A stretch of 63,178 nucleotides of DNA, the filler included. It is 8 parts of 8 records of this genome, joined end to end, with 100 filler letters (N's around TTAATTAATTAA, not from the genome) between each part and the next. Parts side by side here need not be neighbours in the genome. Positions count along the whole stretch, not along the records: positions 1 to 11,298 come from SRR31147125_75537; positions 11,399 to 17,033 come from SRR31147125_75702; positions 17,134 to 31,156 come from SRR31147125_75703; 5 more parts are not named here. One strand, given 5' to 3'. The position numbers were made by a program, and so were the translations under genes. This document shows positions 9,463 through 17,582 of the stretch, one piece after another (position 1 is the stretch's first letter; each line of letters begins with the position of its first letter). The notes beneath the pieces are model-generated. The model had not been told where the DNA came from. It searched no databases and was given only the letters and a program-made list of their open reading frames with translations.

Positions 9463-11298
9463 TCATGAAAGGGGATGCGTCGTGCTCTTCGTGAGCCCTC
9501 GTACCGGCAACACGGGAGAGCCGTCGTCCGCAATCTCAGTGTGACCGGGCCATTCGAATTCAGCTGACATCGCACGAAAATAGTCTCTTTTATATGGGGT
9601 CAGCTTAACCGACAACCCATCTTTTCCTTCCCGGACAGAAGACGTAAGCCCGAAATCCACGTCACCGAGCGGGGTGCTGACAATGTAGCGGGGAATCTCT
9701 CGCCCGCTTCCTTCCCTGCGAACTTTTGTCGCGATATCTATCACATCGTAGAGGTCGACCGGGTTGTCGCTGTTCCAGTGTTCCTGAATCGTCAGCCCTG
9801 CTACATAGAGATGGTGAAATTCGATCGCCGCTTCACGGCACCGGTAGGCGAGCTGATGAATAATTGTCGCCGTGTCGTTTATGTTGCCCAGGAGCGGTGT
9901 GTTGTTGTAGACGGTGATGCCCCGGTCTCGAAGTTTACGGGTCAGTTGTACGTGGCGTTCCGTGATCTCTTCCGGCGCAATAAACCATGCCTCAATTTCA
10001 ACTCGCAGGGGATTGACCACGGTCAGGCTGTTGATGTCGGCGAGGAGGTCGATCGCCTGTTGCGTGTAGCGTTGCGGATTGTCCCGGAACGCCCGGCTGC
10101 GCAGACGCATGCTGTTTACATGCGGAATGCGTTTCAATTGTGCCGCTAACTCACGGACTGTGTGCAGGTCGTGGACGATATCCTGGTTTGAAACGACCAC
10201 GACGTCCGTTATGCGGTCGTCTGATTCGATATACCCGAGCGCCGCATTGTCAATGCCGGCATCAACTTCAACACGGGTCTCGTGTACACGGGAAACCAAG
10301 GTATGACCTGTCGGTACGATTGACGGTGACAGGCATTGATTCTCCTGTAAACGTTCATACAGGGAGGAGGGGATTTTGGTTGTTTCCAGCTCTTTCTGCG
10401 GTTTTGCAGGACGTGAACCGAAAAAGAGGGAAGGGTCACCGATTTTTGCCATGTACTGAATATCGATCGTTCCTTCCTGGTTGATTCGTATGTTTTGCAA
10501 TTCGTTTGCAAGTGGTGCGAAATTTTTGAAGTATTCCGGGGTGTATGGACTCCTTATCCAGATGAAATTGTCATTTCCCGCGACTGGTTCAACCGCCCAT
10601 CCGCTTGTGTTCCAGTCCATTTTACCAATCGGTGTTGCTGTGCAGATTCTCGGGATGACCCGGTCGGAAAGGTGGGCCCGGAGGTATTGGGCGGCATCAT
10701 GACCTTTCGAGATTGGTGACCAGTAGATGCTGTTGCCGTGAATCGGGCTGCAGGGGATGTAAATATAGTGCAACTCGGCACCGGCCCCCCGGAGCAGGCT
10801 GAACAACCGTACCAGTTCCGGTCCCTTGTCATTGCAGCCATCGAGAAATGGAGTCTGGATATAGACACATATGCCGTTTTTAACGAGGTCTGTAATTATC
10901 TGCAGGCACTGCGGAGAAATCTCGTCCGGATGGATGAAATGCGTTGCCAGCTCTATGCGCTTTCCCTTTTCCTGCAGCTCAATGTTTTTACGCTTCAGGT
11001 AACGCAGGTATTGTTCGTCGTTGGCCAGGAACAGGTCAGGAAAATAGGCGACGGACCGGGTGGCGAGGCGCAGGGTCTGCACGTGCTCGACCTCCATCAG
11101 ATTATCGATGGTGGCAGCCATGTTTACCCTGCTCATGAATGGGTCGCCGCCCGTCACCACGATCTCCTTGATCTCGGGGGAATTACGGACATGTTCGACA
11201 GCCTTGAGGACATCCTCGGGCGCAGGGTTCGCCTCATTGCGGGATTCTTTGTGTTTACGAAAACAGAACCGGCAATAGACCGGGCAGCTCATGTTGAG
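9463..11298 (-). CDS. KamA-family (lysine 2,3-aminomutase-like) radical SAM protein with a second, degenerate KamA-like copy; 5' end cut by the contig end
   Basis: First half has CPVYCRFCFRK, VVTGGDP, THFIHPDEI, QTPFLDGCND and TPIGK. Second half has parallel motifs ITDVVVV, MRLRSR, FIAPEEIT, NNTPLLGNIND and SGREIPRY. Confidence 0.85.
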   Translation of the reverse strand, partial: LNMSCPVYCRFCFRKHKESRNEANPAPEDVLKAVEHVRNSPEIKEIVVTGGDPFMSRVNMAATIDNLMEVEHVQTLRLATRSVAYFPDLFLANDEQYLRYLKRKNIELQEKGKRIELATHFIHPDEISPQCLQIITDLVKNGICVYIQTPFLDGCNDKGPELVRLFSLLRGAGAELHYIYIPCSPIHGNSIYWSPISKGHDAAQYLRAHLSDRVIPRICTATPIGKMDWNTSGWAVEPVAGNDNFIWIRSPYTPEYFKNFAPLANELQNIRINQEGTIDIQYMAKIGDPSLFFGSRPAKPQKELETTKIPSSLYERLQENQCLSPSIVPTGHTLVSRVHETRVEVDAGIDNAALGYIESDDRITDVVVVSNQDIVHDLHTVRELAAQLKRIPHVNSMRLRSRAFRDNPQRYTQQAIDLLADINSLTVVNPLRVEIEAWFIAPEEITERHVQLTRKLRDRGITVYNNTPLLGNINDTATIIHQLAYRCREAAIEFHHLYVAGLTIQEHWNSDNPVDLYDVIDIATKVRREGSGREIPRYIVSTPLGDVDFGLTSSVREGKDGLSVKLTPYKRDYFRAMSAEFEWPGHTEIADDGSPVLPVRGLTKSTTHPLS

Positions 11299-11398
11299 NN
11301 NNNNNNNNNNNNNNNNNNNNNNNNNNNNNNNNNNNNNNNNNNTTAATTAATTAANNNNNNNNNNNNNNNNNNNNNNNNNNNNNNNNNNNNNNNNNNNN
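11299..11398. other. Artificial contig spacer (N44-TTAATTAATTAA-N44); also at 17034-17133, 31157-31256, 38050-38149, 45443-45542, 50659-50758 and 57849-57948
   Basis: Identical 100-nt linkers with stops in all six frames. Genes are cut at every junction. Confidence 0.98.
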
Positions 11399-11518
11399 CG
11401 GTTTGGATATCACAAGCGATTCCCCGCACTGGCAACAATTAACCGTATTCAGGATCTCGTTGAGATTGTCCGAACTCAGATCGTTTCTGGCACCACACTC
11501 TTCACAGAAGATGATCAT
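11399..11518 (-). CDS. N-terminal zinc-ribbon protein (partial)
   Basis: MIIFCEECGARN..CCQCGESLVI contains two CxxC pairs. Runs into the spacer. Confidence 0.65.
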
Positions 11519-11641
11519 TTTTACCTTTTTCTCCAATGCCGGACGTGGTTTTCATAAAAATTAGGCTCGGTAAACAAACAAATAGAGGGGATGCGAGAAA
11601 GCATAAGAACGACCACCTCGAATCCCCGTGAAAAAACCAAG

Positions 11642-14101
11642 TTAGGTTGTCTGTTGACTAATGCGGAACTGAGCAATCTGCTGGGTAAGGCTCATCGACA
11701 GTTGCCTCAATTCATCGGTAATTCCCACGACCTCGCTTGCCCCGGCCACTGTTTCGGTTGCACGGCCTGCCGAAGCTGTCGCAATTTCGACCAGGCTTTT
11801 GGATCGTTGGGCCTGAAGGTCGGTTAGCTTTCTCATCTCCTCGCTTCGTTCAACCACGCCACGCATTTCGATTCCAACGTCCTCGGCACTCTTTTCAGCC
11901 TTCTGCACCAAGTCGGAAATGTTGTTTGATTTACTGATTAGCGTTTCGAGGGCGACTTGAGCGGCCTCGCGGCGTTTACCCTGCCGACCGGCCATGCCTC
12001 CGATTTCCTCGGCAAGCGTGTTGAGGCCTTCTATCAGTGATGTCACCTCACGCGTCTGCTGGTTCAGGTTCTGACTCATCCTTGATATGTTGTCGATCGC
12101 CTCGCGGTTAACCTCGCCTCCCTGGGCGATTTTTTCCAGCGCCTTTTCAGACCGCTCCGTCAAACGGGTTCCTTCCTGAACACGATTGGTCGATTCTTTG
12201 ATCAGGTGGCCGATCTCCTTGGCTGCTTCAGATGATCGCTGGGCCAGCTTTCCGACTTCGTCGGCAACCACCGCAAAACCTTTTCCATGCACACCGGCTC
12301 GGGCAGCCTCGATGGCGGCGTTTAGGGCCAGCAAGTTGGTTTGTTCAGCAATATCGGTAATAACCGAAATAATATCGGTAATTTTTTCCGATGACTCGGC
12401 AATTGCCTGCATACCCGAAACAGTCTCCTTAACCGACTGGGCGCCCTCCTGGGCAGCGGCCAACACGCCTTGCCCATGTTCGGTGGCCCGGTTGGCTGCC
12501 TGGGTCATATCCGACACAATGGAATCGATTTGCTTGACGGCACCGGTTACCTTGGTGACCTGATCGCCCTGTTTACCGGCGGTAGACACAACCATGGCAC
12601 CGGTTTCACCCATTACGGTCACACGTTCACTGGCGATATCGGCTTCTTTAATCTGTTCGGTGGAGGCCTGCCCCATCTGGCGCATGCTCTCGATGAGATT
12701 CTCCACCCTCCGGTAAGAAAGGTTAGCCGCGTCTCGCTGAGAGTGAGAGAACTGAGCGACTTCACCGGCGGTGTCACCCATCTGGTTCACCGTATCCTGG
12801 ATAATCCCCATCTGACGTTCTTCCTCGGTGGCGCGCTCCTTGTTGGCGGTGGCACGTTTGGACACCTCTGTTGAGAAGTCATCGACACCCGAGGCGGCAA
12901 CGTTGGCGACTTTCATCGACTCGCGCATTTCACCGATCATGTTATTGAACTCTTTGGCCATCGCTCCGACCTCGTCACCGGTTTTGACCGGCACTTCAAG
13001 GGTCAGATCTCGGTCTGAGGCGACTTTGTTTACTACGCTTGCAATCTCGACAACCGGCCGTGAAATACCATTTGAGATCAAGAACACGACCCCCAGCAAC
13101 AGAAGCACGGCGATGTTTCCCACAACAAGGGTTCTGATAAAAAGCTGTTGCGGCGCCCTCAACACCTCATCCATTGGGAAATTGACGCCCAGGCTCCACT
13201 TATTTTTAGCACTACCGATGGATACCGGCGCAAAAACATAATAGGTTTTTTTATTCGTTACCTTGGAAACAGAGAATTGGCTGGCTTCCTTTCCATTTTT
13301 CACTTTTGCGATGAATTCGGGAGAAAAACCGAATTTATCCATCGGCTCACCGAGCACGGCTCGCGTCGTGGGGTGTGCGACTGGAGATCCATCACTTGAA
13401 ACGAGGAACCCGTAACCTGAGTCGTAGAGGTGGATGTCTTTCACGATGGGCTCGAAGGAGAGCACGGGAATCTCTATCCCGACAACGGCCACGACCGTTC
13501 CGGAAAACCTCACTGGAACGGTAAGGACGGCGGTGCCCTTGGTGCGGTCTTCTATGGAAAAATCAGGGTTAAAAATGGCTTCCTGGCCAGACTTGAGCGT
13601 TTCCAGATAGTAGTTCCTTTTTCCTTCAGCTGTATACCCCCCATAGGGTTCGATATCGATCTCGCCATCTACACGGTTCCAGTAAGGGGCGTAACGCCCA
13701 GTCTCATCGTGCCCGAATGCGTCAATGAAATCACTGTCTTTACCGTCCAGGGCATTGGGTTCCCAACAGGTCCACACCGCCAGAAAATCGGGATTGTCAA
13801 TCAGAACCTGTTTAAGGATACCATCCATCATGTCCCGGGGCGGAACACCTTGTTGTTTCATTCCCTCAAAGGATTGTCTAAGTGTCCGGGCTGTATCCAT
13901 GGCGCTGCCAAGTTTCTCCTGAACGCGACTGGCGTAACGATAGGCCGACTCACGCGCCTTGTCCAACGCCTCCTGTTCGGCAAGTTGCCTGGAGTTGAAA
14001 CCGATGTAATAAATCGTCAACGTGAAGGCGATCCAAGCCACTGAACAGATGGAAAGCAGCATCTTGGTTCTCAGTTTAAGGTTTTTGAATTTTTGAAACA
14101 T
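11642..14101 (-). CDS. Methyl-accepting chemotaxis protein (TM-dCache-TM-HAMP-long signalling domain)
   Basis: Hairpin tip [46 protein letters not shown] and Cache-type [22 protein letters not shown]. Confidence 0.95.
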   Translation of the reverse strand: MFQKFKNLKLRTKMLLSICSVAWIAFTLTIYYIGFNSRQLAEQEALDKARESAYRYASRVQEKLGSAMDTARTLRQSFEGMKQQGVPPRDMMDGILKQVLIDNPDFLAVWTCWEPNALDGKDSDFIDAFGHDETGRYAPYWNRVDGEIDIEPYGGYTAEGKRNYYLETLKSGQEAIFNPDFSIEDRTKGTAVLTVPVRFSGTVVAVVGIEIPVLSFEPIVKDIHLYDSGYGFLVSSDGSPVAHPTTRAVLGEPMDKFGFSPEFIAKVKNGKEASQFSVSKVTNKKTYYVFAPVSIGSAKNKWSLGVNFPMDEVLRAPQQLFIRTLVVGNIAVLLLLGVVFLISNGISRPVVEIASVVNKVASDRDLTLEVPVKTGDEVGAMAKEFNNMIGEMRESMKVANVAASGVDDFSTEVSKRATANKERATEEERQMGIIQDTVNQMGDTAGEVAQFSHSQRDAANLSYRRVENLIESMRQMGQASTEQIKEADIASERVTVMGETGAMVVSTAGKQGDQVTKVTGAVKQIDSIVSDMTQAANRATEHGQGVLAAAQEGAQSVKETVSGMQAIAESSEKITDIISVITDIAEQTNLLALNAAIEAARAGVHGKGFAVVADEVGKLAQRSSEAAKEIGHLIKESTNRVQEGTRLTERSEKALEKIAQGGEVNREAIDNISRMSQNLNQQTREVTSLIEGLNTLAEEIGGMAGRQGKRREAAQVALETLISKSNNISDLVQKAEKSAEDVGIEMRGVVERSEEMRKLTDLQAQRSKSLVEIATASAGRATETVAGASEVVGITDELRQLSMSLTQQIAQFRISQQTT

Positions 14102-14209
14102 TTGTCAGACCTCCTAAAAGGATTGAAAAAGAGAGAAAAGGTTGCAGCAGAGCTAATTCATTTTACAGAAAACATTGATTCAAGGGAAAATGAGGCTCGC
14201 CATTTAACC

Positions 14210-15085
14210 CTATTTCGCGCTTGCGATCACTGTCAGGCAATCCGATACCGTTGAATAGTCTCCTGGATAGGTCCACTTGAAAACCTTGGCTGCCCGCAAT
14301 GCCTCATGGTCATTTTTCATGAGCATCAGTGTTTTCCTCACCTTCTTACGCAAATCCCGGTCAGCCGGTTGGCAGGCCACAAATGGCCATTCCGGATAAA
14401 GCTCGGTGGAATGCACAAAGGCAAACGAATCATCGATTTCATTGATTACCTTGAAATCGCTCATCTGGATTTTGCCCTCGGCCTGCATCCGTTCAAGTGT
14501 ATCTGATCGAACCGTACCCACATCAACCTTTCCACGCTTGACTGCCATGACCACATTGTCGTGGGTTCCCCCTTCCACAAACCGGGCGCAATCCCTCTTG
14601 GGATTGATTCCGTTTTCGAGCAACTGTCGCCACGCCATCTGCCCGCCGCCAAAGGAGGAAAACTTGACGCACATGAAGCGCTTGCCGCGAATATCCTTGA
14701 TCGTGTTTATTTTGCTTCCTTGACGAACGAAGATAACGCCCCCAAACTTTTCCACCGCTTCATTCTGCCTGCGATTGACCATGGTCGTGAGCGCCTTGAG
14801 ACCGTATTTTTTTTGCATGGAAGCATAGAACCCTGAGTTGGCGATCAAAAAATGAATCTTTTGATCCGCCAGGGCCGGCTCGATCTCGACAAATTTCAGG
14901 GGAACAATGGTGACCGGCCGGGACAATTTATCTGAAATTGCCTTGGCGGTGGGTCCCCATTGCGCATGCGCCTTTTCGGCTCCTCGCTTGGCAAGCACAC
15001 CGATTTTTATTTCAGATTGCGCCCGTACCGCTGTTGATCCGATCAGTAAAAAAATGAGAAATACTGTAATGAATCTTGTTTTCAT
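14210..15085 (-). CDS. Stand-alone PhnD/SsuA-type periplasmic binding protein resembling the TtrS/ThsS sensor domain
   Basis: Signal peptide (AVRA-Q), then IGVLAKRG..QWGPT, SSFGG, THDNVV.AV..G.VDVGTVRSDTLERM and STELYPEWPF. Confidence 0.8.
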   Translation of the reverse strand: MKTRFITVFLIFLLIGSTAVRAQSEIKIGVLAKRGAEKAHAQWGPTAKAISDKLSRPVTIVPLKFVEIEPALADQKIHFLIANSGFYASMQKKYGLKALTTMVNRRQNEAVEKFGGVIFVRQGSKINTIKDIRGKRFMCVKFSSFGGGQMAWRQLLENGINPKRDCARFVEGGTHDNVVMAVKRGKVDVGTVRSDTLERMQAEGKIQMSDFKVINEIDDSFAFVHSTELYPEWPFVACQPADRDLRKKVRKTLMLMKNDHEALRAAKVFKWTYPGDYSTVSDCLTVIASAK

Positions 15086-15354
15086 TTTCCCATCCCGATG
15101 ATTGTTGTATTGATTCTGAATAAATAGGGGTTTCGGTCGTTTTCACATTTACTTGAGAAAGACCTTAGCCCAAAGGCTTTTGAAACGAAATCAACGGCCC
15201 CACGGAAAACGCAATAGCGGCGAAGCCTTATGCAAAAAAGCTACACGATAACTCGAACCACCTTGCGCAAGAAACGCTTTGGCAGTCATCAATCGGAGAT
15301 TCTCCTATAAATTAATTCATTTAAATTTCTAACCAATGCTGCTAAAGAAATTCC

Positions 15355-15373
15355 TGCATGATAAACTCATGCA
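15355..15373. promoter_or_regulatory. Perfect 7-5-7 palindrome, candidate operator
   Basis: TGCATGA-taaac-TCATGCA, 48 bp upstream of the DDAH start in the divergent intergenic region. Confidence 0.45.
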
Positions 15374-15421
15374 AGCAAGTTATCGGCAGCTATCCATGAA
15401 ACATTAGAGCTAGAAAGACAT

Positions 15422-16183
15422 ATGATTATCACTCAGGCCATCATCAGGCGACCGGCAAAAACAATGGGCGCCGGTCTCACCACATCGGATTTAGGTCCGC
15501 CGAATTATGAAAAGGCGGTAGGGCAGTTTGAGGCCTATAAAGCGGCACTTGAAAAGTGTAACATTTCGCTGATCATTCTCGATTCGCTACCAAATTATCC
15601 GGATGCCCATTTTGTGGAGGATGGGGCGGTGATTGTGCCGGAGGTAGCGATCATCACCCGCCCGGGAGCCGTATCCCGCCAGGGCGAGGTTTCATCCATT
15701 GAACGCGCGTTGCAACCGTTTCGCAACACTATGCGCCTTGATCCGCCTGGAACCGTTGATGGTGGTGATGTGCTGGTGATCGGAAAGCATGTATTCATCG
15801 GGTTGTCGGACAAGACCAACCAAGCCGGGGCCACCCAACTGGGTGAGGCCCTGGCTGACTTTGGTTACTCCTGGCAAGCCGTGCCCGTGGGCGCCGGGCT
15901 GCATTTTAAATCGAGTGTCAACGCGGTGGGAAAAGACACCCTGTTGACCACACGGCACTTCGCCGATCATCCGGCGCTTGCCGGATTTCACCGGATCGTG
16001 GTTTCAGAGGAAGAGGAATACGCGGCGAACACGCTGCGGATCAATGATCACTTGATCCTGCCGACTGGATACCCCGACACCCGACACAAGCTGTCGGCGC
16101 TGGGCACCCCCATTATTGAGCTGGACACCAGCGAGTTTAGAAAGATGGACGGGGGGCTGACCTGCCTGTCCCTGAGGTTTTGA
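15422..16183 (+). CDS. Dimethylarginine dimethylaminohydrolase (amidinotransferase fold)
   Basis: Motifs YPDAHFVED, ITRPGAVSRQGE, DGGDVL, LHFKS and KMDGGLTCLSLRF. Confidence 0.9.
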   Translation: MIITQAIIRRPAKTMGAGLTTSDLGPPNYEKAVGQFEAYKAALEKCNISLIILDSLPNYPDAHFVEDGAVIVPEVAIITRPGAVSRQGEVSSIERALQPFRNTMRLDPPGTVDGGDVLVIGKHVFIGLSDKTNQAGATQLGEALADFGYSWQAVPVGAGLHFKSSVNAVGKDTLLTTRHFADHPALAGFHRIVVSEEEEYAANTLRINDHLILPTGYPDTRHKLSALGTPIIELDTSEFRKMDGGLTCLSLRF

Positions 16184-16187
16184 GTGC

Positions 16188-16484
16188 ATGGGGGATATGG
16201 ATGATCAAGGTGAATCGAAACCGCCCAGGATAATAAGGCCCGGCCCACTGTGGTGCATCGGCCAAGTCATGCTCACCGCTTGCGCCTGCTTTTTTGTATT
16301 TTTCGGAATATCCCTTTTAATGGCAGCCTACCGACTCAAGGATCCCTTCTCTTTCATCATGACCTTTTTTGCGGCGAACTTGATCATCCTGATTAGCGCC
16401 GTGATGGTTATAGGGTTTGTCGTGCGGATAAATCGTGCGCTTCGGCCAGGCCACAGTGTGGCGCATCGTAAAGGCGATGAATAG
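16188..16484 (+). CDS. Small two-TM membrane protein
   Basis: Two hydrophobic helices; starts 4 bp after the DDAH stop. Confidence 0.65.
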   Translation: MGDMDDQGESKPPRIIRPGPLWCIGQVMLTACACFFVFFGISLLMAAYRLKDPFSFIMTFFAANLIILISAVMVIGFVVRINRALRPGHSVAHRKGDE

Positions 16485-16503
16485 CTGCGCGTAGGCAAGC
16501 GAC

Positions 16504-16857
16504 TCAGTCATTTTTCTTGCTGCCCGCACGATACATACGCACCCGTGCTTTTTCCACGGTGACAATCCCTTCGGTGATGGCATAATCAATTTCCTGCAGA
16601 AATGATTCTATTTTCTCTTCGGCATCAATAATTTCAACGACCACTGGCAAGTCTTCGGAAAGTCTTAGAATCTTGGTCGTATGGATCAGACTGTTGGCAC
16701 CGAAGCCCTGAATCCCTCGAAGAACGGTCGCGCCGGCCATGCCTTTGGAGCGGGCCTGTTGAACAATCCATTCGTATAGGGGAATCCGGCCGTGCTTATT
16801 GGTTTCTCCGATGAAAATCCTCAGTAGTTGTCCATCCTCCCTTAACAATACAGTCAT
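16504..16857 (-). CDS. DUF190 (PII-like) protein
   Basis: Motifs LLRIFIGE, GATVLRGIQGFG and LSEDLPVVVEIID. CAT at 16855-16857 and TCA at 16504-16506 place it on the minus strand, although the ORF track labels it +. Confidence 0.92.
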   Translation of the reverse strand: MTVLLREDGQLLRIFIGETNKHGRIPLYEWIVQQARSKGMAGATVLRGIQGFGANSLIHTTKILRLSEDLPVVVEIIDAEEKIESFLQEIDYAITEGIVTVEKARVRMYRAGSKKND

Positions 16858-16902
16858 GGGACCCCCTTATCTGTGACGGGTTTAAAAGCAAATCGACCGG
16901 TT

Positions 16903-17033
16903 TCAGATCAACCGTGATAGCGTATGACCGAGCAAAACCGCCCCCAACCCCAGGATGAGACTAATTCCCAGGTTGCCGAAGGAAGATAGCCACTGCCCAT
17001 CCCTGGCCAGGTTAAAGGTTTCCAGGCCAAATG
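16903..17033 (-). CDS. crcB: Fluoride channel CrcB/Fluc, C-terminal part
   Basis: Minus-strand translation FGLETFNLARDGQWLSSFGNLGISLILGLGAVLLG. The crcB-DUF190 order is typical. Confidence 0.85.
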
Positions 17034-17134
17034 NNNNNNNNNNNNNNNNNNNNNNNNNNNNNNNNNNNNNNNNNNNNTTAATTAATTAANNNNNNNNNNN
17101 NNNNNNNNNNNNNNNNNNNNNNNNNNNNNNNNNG

Positions 17135-17515
17135 ATTGCCTGGTGGCCTGGAAAAATTAAAGCCGGCACTATTAATCACACAACTGTGATGACCATGGAT
17201 TTGATGCCGACTTGCTTGTCAATAGCCCAACTTGATCTGCCTTCAGCTGACGATCCGCATGCTCAGGATGGGATTAACATCAGCCCCATTTTGTTTGAAA
17301 ATGATGTGTTGCCTGAACGAACGTTGTTTTGGAGATTTCATAATCAAAAAGCGGCAAGAAAAGGTTCATGGAAATTAGTACAAATAAGAGCTGATGAACC
17401 GCAATTGTTTAATCTTGAAAGAGACCCGGGAGAAAACAGGAATCTTGCATTACAGCAACCAGATATCGTGAAAGATCTTCTTGCTGCCTTTAAAGAGTGG
17501 GAAAGGGATCTTTAA
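17135..17515 (+). CDS. Sulfatase, C-terminal part
   Basis: Motifs WWPGKI, MDLMPT, DGINI, WKLV and LFNLERDPGENRNLA. Confidence 0.85.
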   Translation: MAWWPGKIKAGTINHTTVMTMDLMPTCLSIAQLDLPSADDPHAQDGINISPILFENDVLPERTLFWRFHNQKAARKGSWKLVQIRADEPQLFNLERDPGENRNLALQQPDIVKDLLAAFKEWERDL

Positions 17516-17582
17516 TCAAAATAGCGGTTTTTTAAAAATATATTGAAAAGGTTGTATTGTAACGAAAAGGAGTAGAAGCAAC

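Noticed and set aside
15090-15350. c-di-GMP or other riboswitch upstream of the binding protein and MCP
   Set aside because: I could not match a known aptamer consensus by eye. An Rfam scan would be needed.
16504-16857. ORF track lists the DUF190 gene on the + strand
   Set aside because: The start (CAT 16855-16857) and stop (TCA 16504-16506) are on the minus strand, co-directional with crcB.
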